DNA of 64,000 nucleotides from an uncultured Gemmatimonadales bacterium. GTDB taxonomy: Bacteria > Gemmatimonadota > Gemmatimonadetes > Gemmatimonadales > Gemmatimonadaceae. Numbering within the stretch: position 1 is the stretch's first letter; each line of letters begins with the position of its first letter. The translations under genes were made by a program, and so were the position numbers. The stretch spans positions 2,304,001-2,368,000 of the forward strand of contig OY969695.1 of NCBI GenBank assembly GCA_963701965.1. Direction: 5' to 3'. Of the stretch, positions 1-9,448 are shown one piece after another. Under the pieces are notes generated by a model, which was not told the origin of the DNA, did not search any database, and saw only the letters and a program-made list of their open reading frames with translations.

Positions 1-235
1 GATCCCGGTCCAGCCGCTTCCAGAACTCGACATGCCGCGCCCCTTCACTGCCGACGAGCGCCGACTCGGCGACTTCGCCATCAAGCCAGGCATGCACGAG
101 TTCCGTGGTGCGCGACACGCCGATCGGGACCTCTCGGTCCGAGACGCGGCGAGCCGGCGGCCGCGAGACGTCGCGCAATGGGCGCGGGCTCTCGACTTTG
201 TCGATCGGCTCCGGCGCATTCAGGTCATCATGCAT
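1..235 (-). CDS. Putative anti-sigma factor, N-terminal part (runs off window start)
   Basis: Not in the ORF track. ATG at 235 overlaps the sigma factor stop (TAATG coupling). The frame is open to the window edge: MHDDLNAPEPIDKVESPRPLRDVSRPPARRVSDREVPIGVSRTTELVHAWLDGEVAESALVGSEGARHVEFWKRLDRD. HAWLDGE resembles the LxxYLDGEL helix of anti-sigma domains. Confidence 0.6.
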   Translation of the reverse strand, partial: MHDDLNAPEPIDKVESPRPLRDVSRPPARRVSDREVPIGVSRTTELVHAWLDGEVAESALVGSEGARHVEFWKRLDRD

Positions 236-876
236 TAGGCGTATTTCTCCTCTAAAAGGACCTGGAGCGCCTCGCGAGCGCGGTGCACGCGCATCTTGAG
301 CGCCCCAACCGTAGTACCGAGCAGATCAGCCATCTCTTCGTAGGACCGACCTTCCACGTGTTTCATGACGAACGCCTCGCGCAACGACGGCGCCAGCGCC
401 GCCAGAGCCCGGTCGAGGTCCCCCCTCAACTCCGTCCGGTCGAGATCTTCATCAGGAGTCGCGTATCCAGACGGCTGGTCGTCCTCGTCGTAACTGAGAT
501 GCGTGCGCCGGATGTTCTTGAGCCAATCCTTGCACCCATTGGCGACGATTCGGAATACCCAAGCGTCGAACCGCCCCCGCACCTCGGCCAGATGTTGATA
601 AGCTTTGATGAAAGACATCTGGAGGATGTCTTCCGCAACATCAGGGCTCCCAGTCATGCCAAGAGCGTGCCGATAGAGCGGGTCGCTATAGCGCCCGATC
701 AGCATCGAGAACGCTTCGCGATTCCCCGCCAGGACCCGCGCGATGATTTGCTGGTCCGCCTCCAACTGATCGGCCTGGGCCGCCGTGACAGTGCTTTTCA
801 CGGCGCTAGCATAACGCGTTTGCTCCGTACCGGATAGCCCCACGGACGAGTCCGCGTCTTTGATCGTGGCTGTCAC
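235..876 (-). CDS. RNA polymerase sigma factor, sigma-70 ECF subfamily
   Basis: Region 2 (AEDILQMSFIKAY, FDAWVFRIVAN) and region 4 (LREAFVMKHVEGRSYEEMADLLGTTVGALKMRVHRAR). Confidence 0.95.
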   Translation of the reverse strand: MTATIKDADSSVGLSGTEQTRYASAVKSTVTAAQADQLEADQQIIARVLAGNREAFSMLIGRYSDPLYRHALGMTGSPDVAEDILQMSFIKAYQHLAEVRGRFDAWVFRIVANGCKDWLKNIRRTHLSYDEDDQPSGYATPDEDLDRTELRGDLDRALAALAPSLREAFVMKHVEGRSYEEMADLLGTTVGALKMRVHRAREALQVLLEEKYA

Positions 877-884
877 GGCGTGAT

Positions 885-911
885 GACGCGTACTCCCAGG
901 ATGACGTCACA
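885..911 (-). promoter_or_regulatory. Putative ECF-type autoregulatory promoter
   Basis: Minus strand reads TGTGAC (911-906), a 17 bp spacer, then CGTC (888-885), just upstream of the sigma gene start. CGTC is a common ECF -10 motif. Confidence 0.45.
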
Positions 912-929
912 CTGCTGGCGGATATCGTT

Positions 930-2024
930 TTATCGAAGCCGCACGTGGTACAGATACTCGGTGACCCCCGATGCCCGATATCGGCGGTTGTTACCATCTC
1001 GGTCCGCCCGATATCGTCGATACGAATAGGAAAACTGTCGCACTGGCGCCACAGCCCGGCGTCCGAGAATCGCTTTGAAGTCCGCATTGGCCAGAATCCC
1101 CTCCGAGTTGTAACTCACCAGAACGTGCCGCGCCCCGGTCGCCGCCAACAGATCGTCCAGCGCCTTGGCGACCCGGGACGGCCTGCACCACGCGCTCGGG
1201 GGCGTGCGGTCGACCGGTAAGCCGGTCTTCCCGCGGACCTCCGGCGTCGCCGTGAACCATCCCGTGGCGATCAGCTCCGGTATATGGTAGTACCCGGAGT
1301 ATTGTCGGCCGTTGTACGGCGGATCTACATAGAGCAGGTCAACGGGACCCAATCGCCCGGCGATCGCCGCCGCGTCTCCCATGTGCGCCCGGGCGCCCGC
1401 GGCGCGAGAGACGGGACGGTCCGGGTCCACGCGAAACGGCCGCAGGGCATTCGGCTGCCACTGCTTGATGTACGCCGCGTAAATGCCCGCCGTGTTCGCG
1501 ACCCGGTCGGCCCCCTCGATGATGGCGGCCAGCAGGAGATAGTAGGCATCGTCGCTGACCAACGCGTCCGCATGCCACCGGTGCAAGGCGTGTCGCGCGC
1601 CGTCGATCCGCCGCGCATTCTCATCGGTGAAGTACATCCGGCCCCCCGCGGGCGCGAAATGCCGCGACAGGAATCCGGTCTCCGGCGCCACGCAACTGGA
1701 GAGGTACTCGGCCAACACGCTCAGACCATCGCGGGCGGCCGGCCGAAAGGCCGGCGACTTGAGCGCGCGGCGCACGTCGGCGTCGCCCGCCGCCACGCGC
1801 GGCACGCTGGGGCCGCGTCGGGCGACGACATACGCGCGTTGAAAGACGTAGGAGTACGTCATCACGTCGCTGGAATCGACCCGCCAGCCAATGCCCTTGA
1901 GCGCGCGCCCGACGGCCGCCGTGCCCGCGAACGCGTCGTGCGCGCGACCCGGCGCAATGCGCAACTGCCCGAGGGCATCGGCCAGAAAGGGGAGCAACCG
2001 CGTTTTGTTGCCGATGTAGCGCAC
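930..2024 (-). CDS. N6-adenine DNA methyltransferase, D12/alpha class (M.NlaIII/M.HpyI-like), orphan
   Basis: N-terminal RYIGNK, motif I DAFAGTAAVG, catalytic LLYVDPPYN, plus ADRVANTAGIY and VSYNSEG blocks that I recall from CATG-specific methyltransferases. Confidence 0.9.
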   Translation of the reverse strand: MRYIGNKTRLLPFLADALGQLRIAPGRAHDAFAGTAAVGRALKGIGWRVDSSDVMTYSYVFQRAYVVARRGPSVPRVAAGDADVRRALKSPAFRPAARDGLSVLAEYLSSCVAPETGFLSRHFAPAGGRMYFTDENARRIDGARHALHRWHADALVSDDAYYLLLAAIIEGADRVANTAGIYAAYIKQWQPNALRPFRVDPDRPVSRAAGARAHMGDAAAIAGRLGPVDLLYVDPPYNGRQYSGYYHIPELIATGWFTATPEVRGKTGLPVDRTPPSAWCRPSRVAKALDDLLAATGARHVLVSYNSEGILANADFKAILGRRAVAPVRQFSYSYRRYRADRDGNNRRYRASGVTEYLYHVRLR

Positions 2025-2064
2025 GGGCGAATCATGCGCGTCTCGCGCCGTATCTACCAGAGCA

Positions 2065-3042
2065 CTACCAGAGCGTCGCGTGCCCCACGATCACGGAGCC
2101 GATCAGGCGGGCCGCCGGCCCGCCTTGATATTCGCGCGCCTGCGTGGTCAGCCGGAGCTCGACGGTGTAGCCAAAGAGACGCATTCCCGGCCCGATGTCC
2201 GTTTCCGACGTCCACGGCAACAACTGCGCGTGCGCGCTGCGCTGGAACGTGCTCCCGTCGAGGAAGATGTTGTGCAGCACCCACTGTTCGTGCGCGCCCA
2301 CGGCCATGTAGACCTGGAGCTGCGACGTGTCGCGCAAGAGGCCAAAGCGCGCGCGGGCGCCCACGCTGGTGCCCGTGCGCACGTTGCCGATCGCCGCGTC
2401 CCAGTCGGGCACCACCTGGAGCGACACATCGCGCGTGAGCTTGGCATCGACCGCCAAGTAGCGCTCACCGTACTGCACGATGAGGCCCGGTTCGAACGGC
2501 AGCTGGTGGCGCCACCCGGGCACCGGCGGTCCCAATCCCGTGATCTGGTGAAACGTGTTCTGCGTCCACGCCGCCAGCGACGGCGGGCCGATGACGCCGA
2601 TATCCGCGGTCAGCGTCCGCGAACGAAATGCGCTCACCGTCGTCGTCGAGAGCTCGGCGTACAACCAGCCGGCATAGGGCCGCTGATTGGGCCCCGGATT
2701 CATCGGGGCCCGCGTCGGCGTATAGATCTCTTGTCCGATCGTGATCTGCTGCGTGGCGCAGCCCTCGTCGGTGCCGACCGTGCGGCACGACGGCGCGGCC
2801 GTCAGGAGCCGCGAGAACCAGGGCATGGGCGCGATGTCGATCGACACGCGCAAACCCTGGGTATAGTTGTCATCCGCGCGCCGGTGCGACGGGACCCAGA
2901 CCGCGAGATTCCCGTTGTCCTCCTGCACGGACCAACTCCCGGGTTGCTGCGCCCCGCTGCCGCGCGCCGCCAGCATCCCGATCGCCACCACCAACCATGT
3001 TCGACCAAGTCTTTCGCGCATAGGCCACCGCCTATCGTGCAA
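2065..3042 (-). CDS. Lipid A 3-O-deacylase LpxR family (DUF2219) outer-membrane protein
   Basis: Signal peptide, then DDNYTQGLR, GQEIYTP, RPYAGWLY, GPPSLA..QN and NIFLDG motifs. True start may be the ATG near 3021. Confidence 0.8.
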   Translation of the reverse strand: MHDRRWPMRERLGRTWLVVAIGMLAARGSGAQQPGSWSVQEDNGNLAVWVPSHRRADDNYTQGLRVSIDIAPMPWFSRLLTAAPSCRTVGTDEGCATQQITIGQEIYTPTRAPMNPGPNQRPYAGWLYAELSTTTVSAFRSRTLTADIGVIGPPSLAAWTQNTFHQITGLGPPVPGWRHQLPFEPGLIVQYGERYLAVDAKLTRDVSLQVVPDWDAAIGNVRTGTSVGARARFGLLRDTSQLQVYMAVGAHEQWVLHNIFLDGSTFQRSAHAQLLPWTSETDIGPGMRLFGYTVELRLTTQAREYQGGPAARLIGSVIVGHATLW

Positions 3043-3103
3043 TCGTCCGGCCGAAACAACTCACTGGTGAGGGTATTGGTTCCGATGGGTGCCGCCATGG
3101 TCG

Positions 3104-4195
3104 TCAGGGAAACGCGCGCCATCCGCGGGCGCGCACGCGCACGCCGTGCTCATCGAGACGCGGCGGTGGATACCGCACGGCACCGGGCACACTCGGTGCC
3201 ACGCCCGTCAACGGCGAGCACTCGACTTCGGCCAACGCTTCGCGCACCGACTTCACGGTGCCGTGCGGCACACCGGCGCGCGCCAAGCGCAGGATCCATT
3301 CGCCCGCGGACCGCTCCGCGAGTCGCGCGGCCACAGCGCCCACGACCCGGTCGCGCTGCGTGACACGGCCCGCATTGGTCCGTAACGATAAATCGGCGGC
3401 GAACGCGGACAGTTCCAGCGCCTCGGCGCATCGCACCCACTGCGCATCGCTCCCCACCGCGACCACAATGGGCCGATCGGCAGTCTCGAAAAGTTGGTAG
3501 GGAACGAGATTCGGATGCGCATTGCCCCACCGCGCCGCATCGCGGCCGGTCACCAACGTGTTTTGGGCGACATTCACCAGCGCCGCCGCGGCGCTGTGGG
3601 CGAGCGAGATCACGATCCGCCGCTCGCCGCCACGATCACGGGAAAAAAGCGCGCCAAGAATGGCAATGCAGGCGTCTTTCCCGGCGAGCACATCGGCGAG
3701 GGCGACGCCGACCTTCATCGGCGCGCCGTCAGGCTCGCCCGTGATCGCCATCCAGCCACGCTCGGCCTGCACCGCAAAGTCGTATCCGACGCGAGAGTCG
3801 TCGCGCCCAAACCCCGCGATCGTACACCAGACGAGTCGCGGACACTCGGCGAGCACAGCGGCAGGATCGAGCCCGCGGCGGGTCAGCGCGCCAGGTAGAA
3901 AATTGTCGACGACAACATCGGCCTCGACCATGAGGGACCGGATCAGCCGCTGGTCGAGGGGGTCATCGAGGTCGGCCGCCAGACTCCACTTGTTTCTGTT
4001 CACGCTCAGGAAATAGGCGCTCTCCCCCGCCTCATCGAATGGCGGCCCCCACCCGCGCGTGTCGTCACCCGAGCTCGGCCGTTCAACTTTGATGACATCG
4101 GCGCCAAGGTCGCCAAGCATCATCGTGCAGAGCGGACCGGCAAGTACTCGCGTCAGATCGAGGACTTTGATCGTACTGAGATTATATTGTTGCAT
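3104..4195 (-). CDS. CoA-transferase family III (CaiB/BaiF)
   Basis: VLDLTRVLAGP, LGADVIKVERP, NRNKWS and GYDFAVQAE motifs. Start trimmed to the ATG at 4195. Confidence 0.92.
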   Translation of the reverse strand: MQQYNLSTIKVLDLTRVLAGPLCTMMLGDLGADVIKVERPSSGDDTRGWGPPFDEAGESAYFLSVNRNKWSLAADLDDPLDQRLIRSLMVEADVVVDNFLPGALTRRGLDPAAVLAECPRLVWCTIAGFGRDDSRVGYDFAVQAERGWMAITGEPDGAPMKVGVALADVLAGKDACIAILGALFSRDRGGERRIVISLAHSAAAALVNVAQNTLVTGRDAARWGNAHPNLVPYQLFETADRPIVVAVGSDAQWVRCAEALELSAFAADLSLRTNAGRVTQRDRVVGAVAARLAERSAGEWILRLARAGVPHGTVKSVREALAEVECSPLTGVAPSVPGAVRYPPPRLDEHGVRVRARGWRAFP

Positions 4196-4349
4196 TACTG
4201 TTGTGATTAAGTCGGCATTATTCGTGATTTCCACGAGTGCTGTGCGGTGCGTGGCCCATCGCGTAATCTCCGAGGGCAACTTGCGTAGATGACGAACAAT
4301 CATATACTTACCGCCGCGCGTGGGTCTCACCACTCGGAGCACGCACCCC

Positions 4350-4974
4350 ATGGCGGATAAGCCGCACACAACTGACCCGAAGCCGGCACCGGAGCCAGCG
4401 GCATCCACCTCGACTGGCAACTCATCCCCGCCGACGCCGCCGAAGCGCAGTCCCGGCCATCGAGGGGCCGATGTCCGGGATACGGTCGCCGAGATGGCGG
4501 CCAAGGCCCAAGAGATCAGCCAAGAGGCTGGCAGCAAGAATGGCGTCGGCCATGCGCGACGTCATCAGTGCGGCTGCCGGCATGGCATCGTTCGCCGCCG
4601 ACAGTGCGCGCGATCTCGTCCAGTACATGGTGCGGCGTGGTCAGATGACGCAAGAGGAAGCCGACAAGCTGATCCGGGAAGCGGAGGAGGCGGCTGGCAA
4701 GCGGAACGTCAACCTGCCGTTGCCGCCATCGAAGCAGCCCAAGCCTCCGGCACCTGTCGCGCCGCCGATCGCCGTAGCTCCTCCCGTCAGTGTCGCGCCA
4801 GCAGCTGCGCCACCGGTCGAGGTCAAGGCCGCGCCAAAGGCGCCGCCGAGCCATCCCGCACCGGCCGCCGTCGCCAAGCATCCGGTGAAGAAGGCGGCGG
4901 CCAAGACGCCGGTCAAGAAAGCCAAGGCGCCCGCCAAGGTGGTCGCCAAGAAGAAGCCCGCGAAAAAGCGCTAA
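4350..4974 (+). pseudogene. Phasin/PhaF-like protein with Pro-rich linker and Lys/Ala histone-H1-like tail; apparent +1 frameshift at 4539
   Basis: Frame 1 MADKP...AQEISQEAGSK joins frame 2 MASAMRDVISAAAG...VRRGQMTQEEADKL...KKPAKKR if one A is removed from AAG-A-ATG. May be a sequencing error, or two coupled ORFs. Confidence 0.55.
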
Positions 4975-4983
4975 GCTACCCGC

Positions 4984-6864
4984 TCAGCGTAACACCGGCT
5001 CGCCGACGATCGCCGCCGTCTGCCCCGACGTGCGGCGATCTTGCGTCGCCAGCACGTCGAGCACGTGCGCGCAGTTGATCAGCGCGATGTGCGTGAACGC
5101 CTGCGGAAAGTTGCCGAGAAACTCACCGGTGCGCGGGTTGAGCTCTTCGCTATAGAGCCCGAGATGATTGGCGTGCGTCAGCATGCGCCGAAAGACGCGC
5201 TCGCCATGCTCCCGCTCGCCGCTCAACGCGAGGGCCTCGGCGAGCCAGAAGGTGCAGATGGAAAAGACGCCTTCCCCTCCGGGAAGCCCATCGTCATTCC
5301 GGTAACGGTAGACCATTTCCTGGTCCCCGGACGTCAACTCCCGGAGCACCGCCTTGACGGTCCCCACAACCCGCGGATGATTCCGCGGCAAAAACCCCAT
5401 CATGGGAATGACCAGATTCGAGGCGTCGAGCGCATCGGTCCCATAGTACTGAACGAAGCTCTGCTTGGCCTCGCTCCACCCATTGGCCATGACGTCCTGA
5501 TGGATGGCCTCCCGCTCCGCCTCCCACCGCTCGATCGGCGCCGGCAGCACGAATTCCTTCGCCATGCGAATGCCCCGATCCAGCGCCACCCAGCACATGA
5601 CTTTACTCATGACGTAGTGCTGGAGCGTCCCACGGACTTCCCAGATGCCGCTGTCCGGCAGCCGCCAGTTCGCCGCCACCCACGACACCAGCCGCTCCAG
5701 CGTGACCCACGTCCCCTCGGACACCTCGTTGCTGCGGCTCCAGAGATACGCGGTCTCCAGCAACTCGCCGTACACGTCGAGCTGCAGCTGCCCATACGCC
5801 GCGTTCCCGACCCGCACCGGCCCCGAGCCCTGATAGCCCTCGAGATGCGGCAGGATCTCCTCGGTCAACCGCCGCCGCCCGTCGATCCCATACATGATCT
5901 GCAGATGCGTATCGGTCGTCTTCCGCGCCACGCGCTTGAGGAACGACATGAACCGGTCCGCTTCTTCCGAGTGCCCGAGGATGCTCAACGAGTACAGCAC
6001 GAAGGCCGAGTCCCGGATCCACGTGAACCGGTAGTCCCAATTCCGGACGCCACCGATCTCCTCCGGCAGCGACGTTGTCGCCGCCGCCACGATCGCCCCC
6101 GTCGGCTCATAGCACAGGAGCTTGAGCGTCAACGCCGACCGCTCGACCGCCGACCGATAGGGACCCGCGTAGTTGATGCGGCTGCCCCACTGCAGCCAGA
6201 ACGCCTCCGTGTCCGCCAGCCGCCGCTCCGACTCGTAGGAGCCCACCGGGCGGACCTCGTCGTCGTCATAGCGGAGCGCAAACCACGTCGACTCGCCCGC
6301 GCGCAACTTGAGGCGCACGCGCGCCATGCCGTCCTCGAGCGTCCACCACAGGTCCTGTGGCGCCGCCAGTGTGGCGACCTTGTCCTCCGCATCGGTGGCG
6401 AGCACGCCATGGCGGCGTGGATGCACATAGGTCGTGCCCGCGCCGTAGTTGAAGCGCGGCGCGAACTGCACATCCATCTCCACCTCGCCCCGCACACAAC
6501 TCAGCCCGCGATGGATCTCCGCGAACGGCCGGGCCGCCCCGCTCGGGGCGATGGGCATGAAGTCCGTGAGCTCGAGGATGCCGCCATCCGGCGTGTGGAA
6601 CGTCGTCACCAGCACGCACGTGCCCGGGCGATACCGCTGCTCGACGCTGTAGCCGCCCGCAGGCCGGATGGCGAAGTGGCCGCCGGCCCCGCTGTCGAGC
6701 ACCGCCCCGAACAACGACGGCGAATCGAAACTGGGAAAGCAGCACCAATCGATGGATCCCGACCGGCAGACCAACGCCGCCGTGTGCAGGTCCCCAATGA
6801 TCCCATAGTCGGAAATCGCGGCGTACCGGCCCGTGAACCCGATACCGTCCTCGCCCGACGCCAT
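4984..6864 (-). CDS. Glycoside hydrolase family 15 (trehalase/glucoamylase-like)
   Basis: AAATTSLPE, RNWDYRFTWIRDS, QLDVYGE, GIWEVRG and LYSEE..GNFPQAFTH motifs. ATG at 6864 is coupled to the otsB stop. Confidence 0.93.
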   Translation of the reverse strand: MASGEDGIGFTGRYAAISDYGIIGDLHTAALVCRSGSIDWCCFPSFDSPSLFGAVLDSGAGGHFAIRPAGGYSVEQRYRPGTCVLVTTFHTPDGGILELTDFMPIAPSGAARPFAEIHRGLSCVRGEVEMDVQFAPRFNYGAGTTYVHPRRHGVLATDAEDKVATLAAPQDLWWTLEDGMARVRLKLRAGESTWFALRYDDDEVRPVGSYESERRLADTEAFWLQWGSRINYAGPYRSAVERSALTLKLLCYEPTGAIVAAATTSLPEEIGGVRNWDYRFTWIRDSAFVLYSLSILGHSEEADRFMSFLKRVARKTTDTHLQIMYGIDGRRRLTEEILPHLEGYQGSGPVRVGNAAYGQLQLDVYGELLETAYLWSRSNEVSEGTWVTLERLVSWVAANWRLPDSGIWEVRGTLQHYVMSKVMCWVALDRGIRMAKEFVLPAPIERWEAEREAIHQDVMANGWSEAKQSFVQYYGTDALDASNLVIPMMGFLPRNHPRVVGTVKAVLRELTSGDQEMVYRYRNDDGLPGGEGVFSICTFWLAEALALSGEREHGERVFRRMLTHANHLGLYSEELNPRTGEFLGNFPQAFTHIALINCAHVLDVLATQDRRTSGQTAAIVGEPVLR

Positions 6865-7679
6865 TATTGCGCAGCGGCACGCGCCGCCGCCAGCCATGCC
6901 AGCAGTGAGCCCATCTCCATCGGATTCGACACGACAAACTCCGCCGCCGTCTCGTGCGTTCCCTCGCCGCCGCCGTCGACGTGCACCGTCACCGCCCGCG
7001 GCAAGCGCGCGCGTAACGTCCGAAACGCATCCTCATCGGTCACGTCATCCCCGGCAAACAGCACGGATGCGTCACTCCCCACACCGCCCACGCGCTCGGC
7101 CAACGCCAGCACGGCGGTTCCCTTGTCCACCGGCACCGGTGGTCTCAATTCCATGACCTTCTTCCCCTCGGATACCACCAACCCGTAGGTCGCGGCCACG
7201 CGCGCGACCATCTCATGGAGCTCGGCCTGCGGCACGCGGTCGGCCTCGGCCCCCCGATAGTGTACCGTCACGGTCCACCGTTTGTTCTCGATGATGACGC
7301 CGCGCCGCCCGACCAGGGCGGCGGCCAACGCATCGGTCGCTTCGCCCACGGCTTCCTCGAACCGGGCCACATCGCGCTCCACCGCGATCTCGCCGTCGGG
7401 CGCGATGACCTCCGCGCCGTGGTTCCCGACGACCCACGCCCGGTCGACGGCGACCAGCCGCCGCGCGTCCTCCGCCGACCGCCCGGAGACCACCCCGACA
7501 ATGACGCCCGGCGCGTCCGCCAGCGCGGCCAGCGCCATGCGCGTCGGCGCCGGCACGACCGCATCCGACGGCCGAGGCGCGATCGGCGCCAGCGTCCCGT
7601 CGACATCGAGCAATACCACTAACGGCGTACCCGCCAGCCGGGGCGCAATGCGCTCCCGGGTGTCCGTTTCGAGCGTCAC
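6864..7679 (-). CDS. otsB: Trehalose-6-phosphate phosphatase
   Basis: HAD motifs DVDGTL, SGR, GNHGAE, DKG and GDDVTDEDAF. GTG at 7679 overlaps the otsA stop. Confidence 0.93.
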   Translation of the reverse strand: MTLETDTRERIAPRLAGTPLVVLLDVDGTLAPIAPRPSDAVVPAPTRMALAALADAPGVIVGVVSGRSAEDARRLVAVDRAWVVGNHGAEVIAPDGEIAVERDVARFEEAVGEATDALAAALVGRRGVIIENKRWTVTVHYRGAEADRVPQAELHEMVARVAATYGLVVSEGKKVMELRPPVPVDKGTAVLALAERVGGVGSDASVLFAGDDVTDEDAFRTLRARLPRAVTVHVDGGGEGTHETAAEFVVSNPMEMGSLLAWLAAARAAAQ

Positions 7680-9181
7680 GAGCCCGCGGGGGCGTGCATC
7701 TCCAACAATGCGACCACGCGATCGGTGATTGCGTGCAACCAATCGAAGATCGTGGCGTGTCGCAACCGCTCCCGCATCTCGTGCATGCGCGCCCGGCGCT
7801 GCACCGGCGACATCTCCAGGGCGTTCCGAATGCCGGCCGCGAATCCGTCGACATTGAAAGGATTCACCAGGACGGCGCCGTCGATCTCCTCGGCCGCGCC
7901 CGTGAACCGGCTCAGGACGAGCACGCCGCGCTCGTCGATCTGACACGCGAGGAACTCCTTGGCCACCAGGTTCATCCCATCCTGGAGCGATGACACCAGG
8001 CACAAGTCCGCCGACCGATAGATCGCGGCCAACTCGGGGGCGTCGGCGTTCTCCGTGATCACGACAATGGGCGTCCAGCCCGGGGACGCGAACCGCCGGT
8101 TGATCTCCTCGGTCAGCGCCACGACTTCCGCCTGCAGCGCGCAGTACGGCGCCAACTCCGACCGCGACGGAGTGGCGACGACGAGCATGGTGAATCTCCC
8201 GCGCAGCTCCGGCGTCTCCTGCCACAGGAGATCGAGCGCCCGCAAGCGTTCGGGAATGCCCTTCGTATAGTCGATCCGGTCGACGCTCACGCCGAGCTGT
8301 TTGCCGTCCGCGGCGTAGCGCCGCCGCAACTCGGCGGCGTGTTGCGCCACGTCGGGGGCCTCGGCAATGCTCTCGAAGCGCTCGACGTCGATACTGATCG
8401 GAAAGGCGCCCACCGACATCGTCCGGCCGTCGTACGTCACCGTCCGCGCCTCGCGATCGACCGTGGCGCCCGGTAAGAGCTCGGCGACGCACGCGAGAAA
8501 ATTCTGCGCGTACCGGTCGGTGTGAAAGCCCAGCAGATCGTTTCCCACGAGACCCCGCAAGATCCCCTGGTAGACACCATACGGCAGCAGGTGCAGAATC
8601 TCCGGCGGCGGAAACGGGATGTGCCAGAACTGATGAATGAAGAGCTCGGGGCTCTCGTCGCGGCTGACCGACCGGCGGAGCAGGTTGGCCACGAGCGCGA
8701 ACTGATAGTCCTGAATCCAGACAATGGGCCGGCCGCCGACCCGCCTCGCCTCCTCGAGGACCGCTTCGGCGAATCGCGCGTTGACCGCCTGATACCGGTC
8801 CCACTGATCGGCCCGGAATTGATAGTGGTGTACAAGCAAATGGCAGAGCGGCCACAGCACGCTGTTCGCGAAGCCAAGGTAATAGCCCTCGACATCGGCC
8901 TCATCCAGCCACACGCGCCGCAGCGTATACTCCGGCTCCTCGGGCGGAGGAGGCACGCGCAGCCGCCCGTCCAAATCCGCGGTGGCATGGTCGGCCGAGC
9001 CCGATCCCCACGCGACCCACACCCCGTGGGTGCGGCGGAGCGTCGGGTCGAGGGCGCTCACGACCCCGCCGGGCGGGGATCGCACCTCGATGGCTCCGCG
9101 GTGCGACACGTGCTCGTACGGCTCCCGATTTGAGAGCAGAATCAGTGTCCGACCTTCCAGGACAGAGGCGACGTCAGCCAT
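7676..9181 (-). CDS. otsA: Trehalose-6-phosphate synthase (GT20)
   Basis: SNREP, GFANSVLWPLCH, WIQDY, HIPFP, VDRIDYTKGI and DGMNLVAKE motifs. Confidence 0.95.
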   Translation of the reverse strand: MADVASVLEGRTLILLSNREPYEHVSHRGAIEVRSPPGGVVSALDPTLRRTHGVWVAWGSGSADHATADLDGRLRVPPPPEEPEYTLRRVWLDEADVEGYYLGFANSVLWPLCHLLVHHYQFRADQWDRYQAVNARFAEAVLEEARRVGGRPIVWIQDYQFALVANLLRRSVSRDESPELFIHQFWHIPFPPPEILHLLPYGVYQGILRGLVGNDLLGFHTDRYAQNFLACVAELLPGATVDREARTVTYDGRTMSVGAFPISIDVERFESIAEAPDVAQHAAELRRRYAADGKQLGVSVDRIDYTKGIPERLRALDLLWQETPELRGRFTMLVVATPSRSELAPYCALQAEVVALTEEINRRFASPGWTPIVVITENADAPELAAIYRSADLCLVSSLQDGMNLVAKEFLACQIDERGVLVLSRFTGAAEEIDGAVLVNPFNVDGFAAGIRNALEMSPVQRRARMHEMRERLRHATIFDWLHAITDRVVALLEMHAPAGS

Positions 9182-9229
9182 GGAATCAATGACGGCGCAA
9201 CACGCGTGCCGCACTAGCTTACGCCTCTT

Positions 9230-9448
9230 ATGGCCGAGCTAACCACTGCCCAATATGACGCGCTCGAGCGCGCCATAACGAACTCGACCCGCATCGCCAT
9301 CTATCGGCGGGGCACCGAGTATGTCGTGATACCGACGCGCCTCATCTTTGCCGGCGGCCGGGAATCGCTCCAAGCCCGGCACCCGACGACCGGAGACCCG
9401 ATCAGCCTCTTCATCGATGAGGTCGAGTCGATCGATGTCGTCGGTTAA
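9230..9448 (+). CDS. Small hypothetical protein (72 aa)
   Basis: First gene of a tightly coupled operon, overlaps the rnhA start, and has a globular beta-rich composition. Confidence 0.65.
   Translation: MAELTTAQYDALERAITNSTRIAIYRRGTEYVVIPTRLIFAGGRESLQARHPTTGDPISLFIDEVESIDVVG

Noticed and set aside
32..299. Plus-strand ORFs 32-238 and 105-299
   Set aside because: The minus-strand frame coupled to the sigma stop explains this region better.
930..3042. Restriction-modification system
   Set aside because: The neighbours are an LpxR-like membrane protein and a sigma factor, with no nuclease motif.
5041..7188. 715-aa plus-strand ORF and similar long antisense ORFs (10023-11819, 21163-23370, 28992-30773, 44688-46484)
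   Set aside because: They are shadow frames opposite well-supported genes. Stop codons are scarce in high-GC DNA and the translations are Arg/Pro/Ala-rich with no motifs.
6864..8855. 663-aa ORF suggesting a long OtsB or an OtsA-OtsB fusion
   Set aside because: The upstream part is an off-frame read of otsA. The HAD domain begins at GTG 7679, overlapping the otsA stop.
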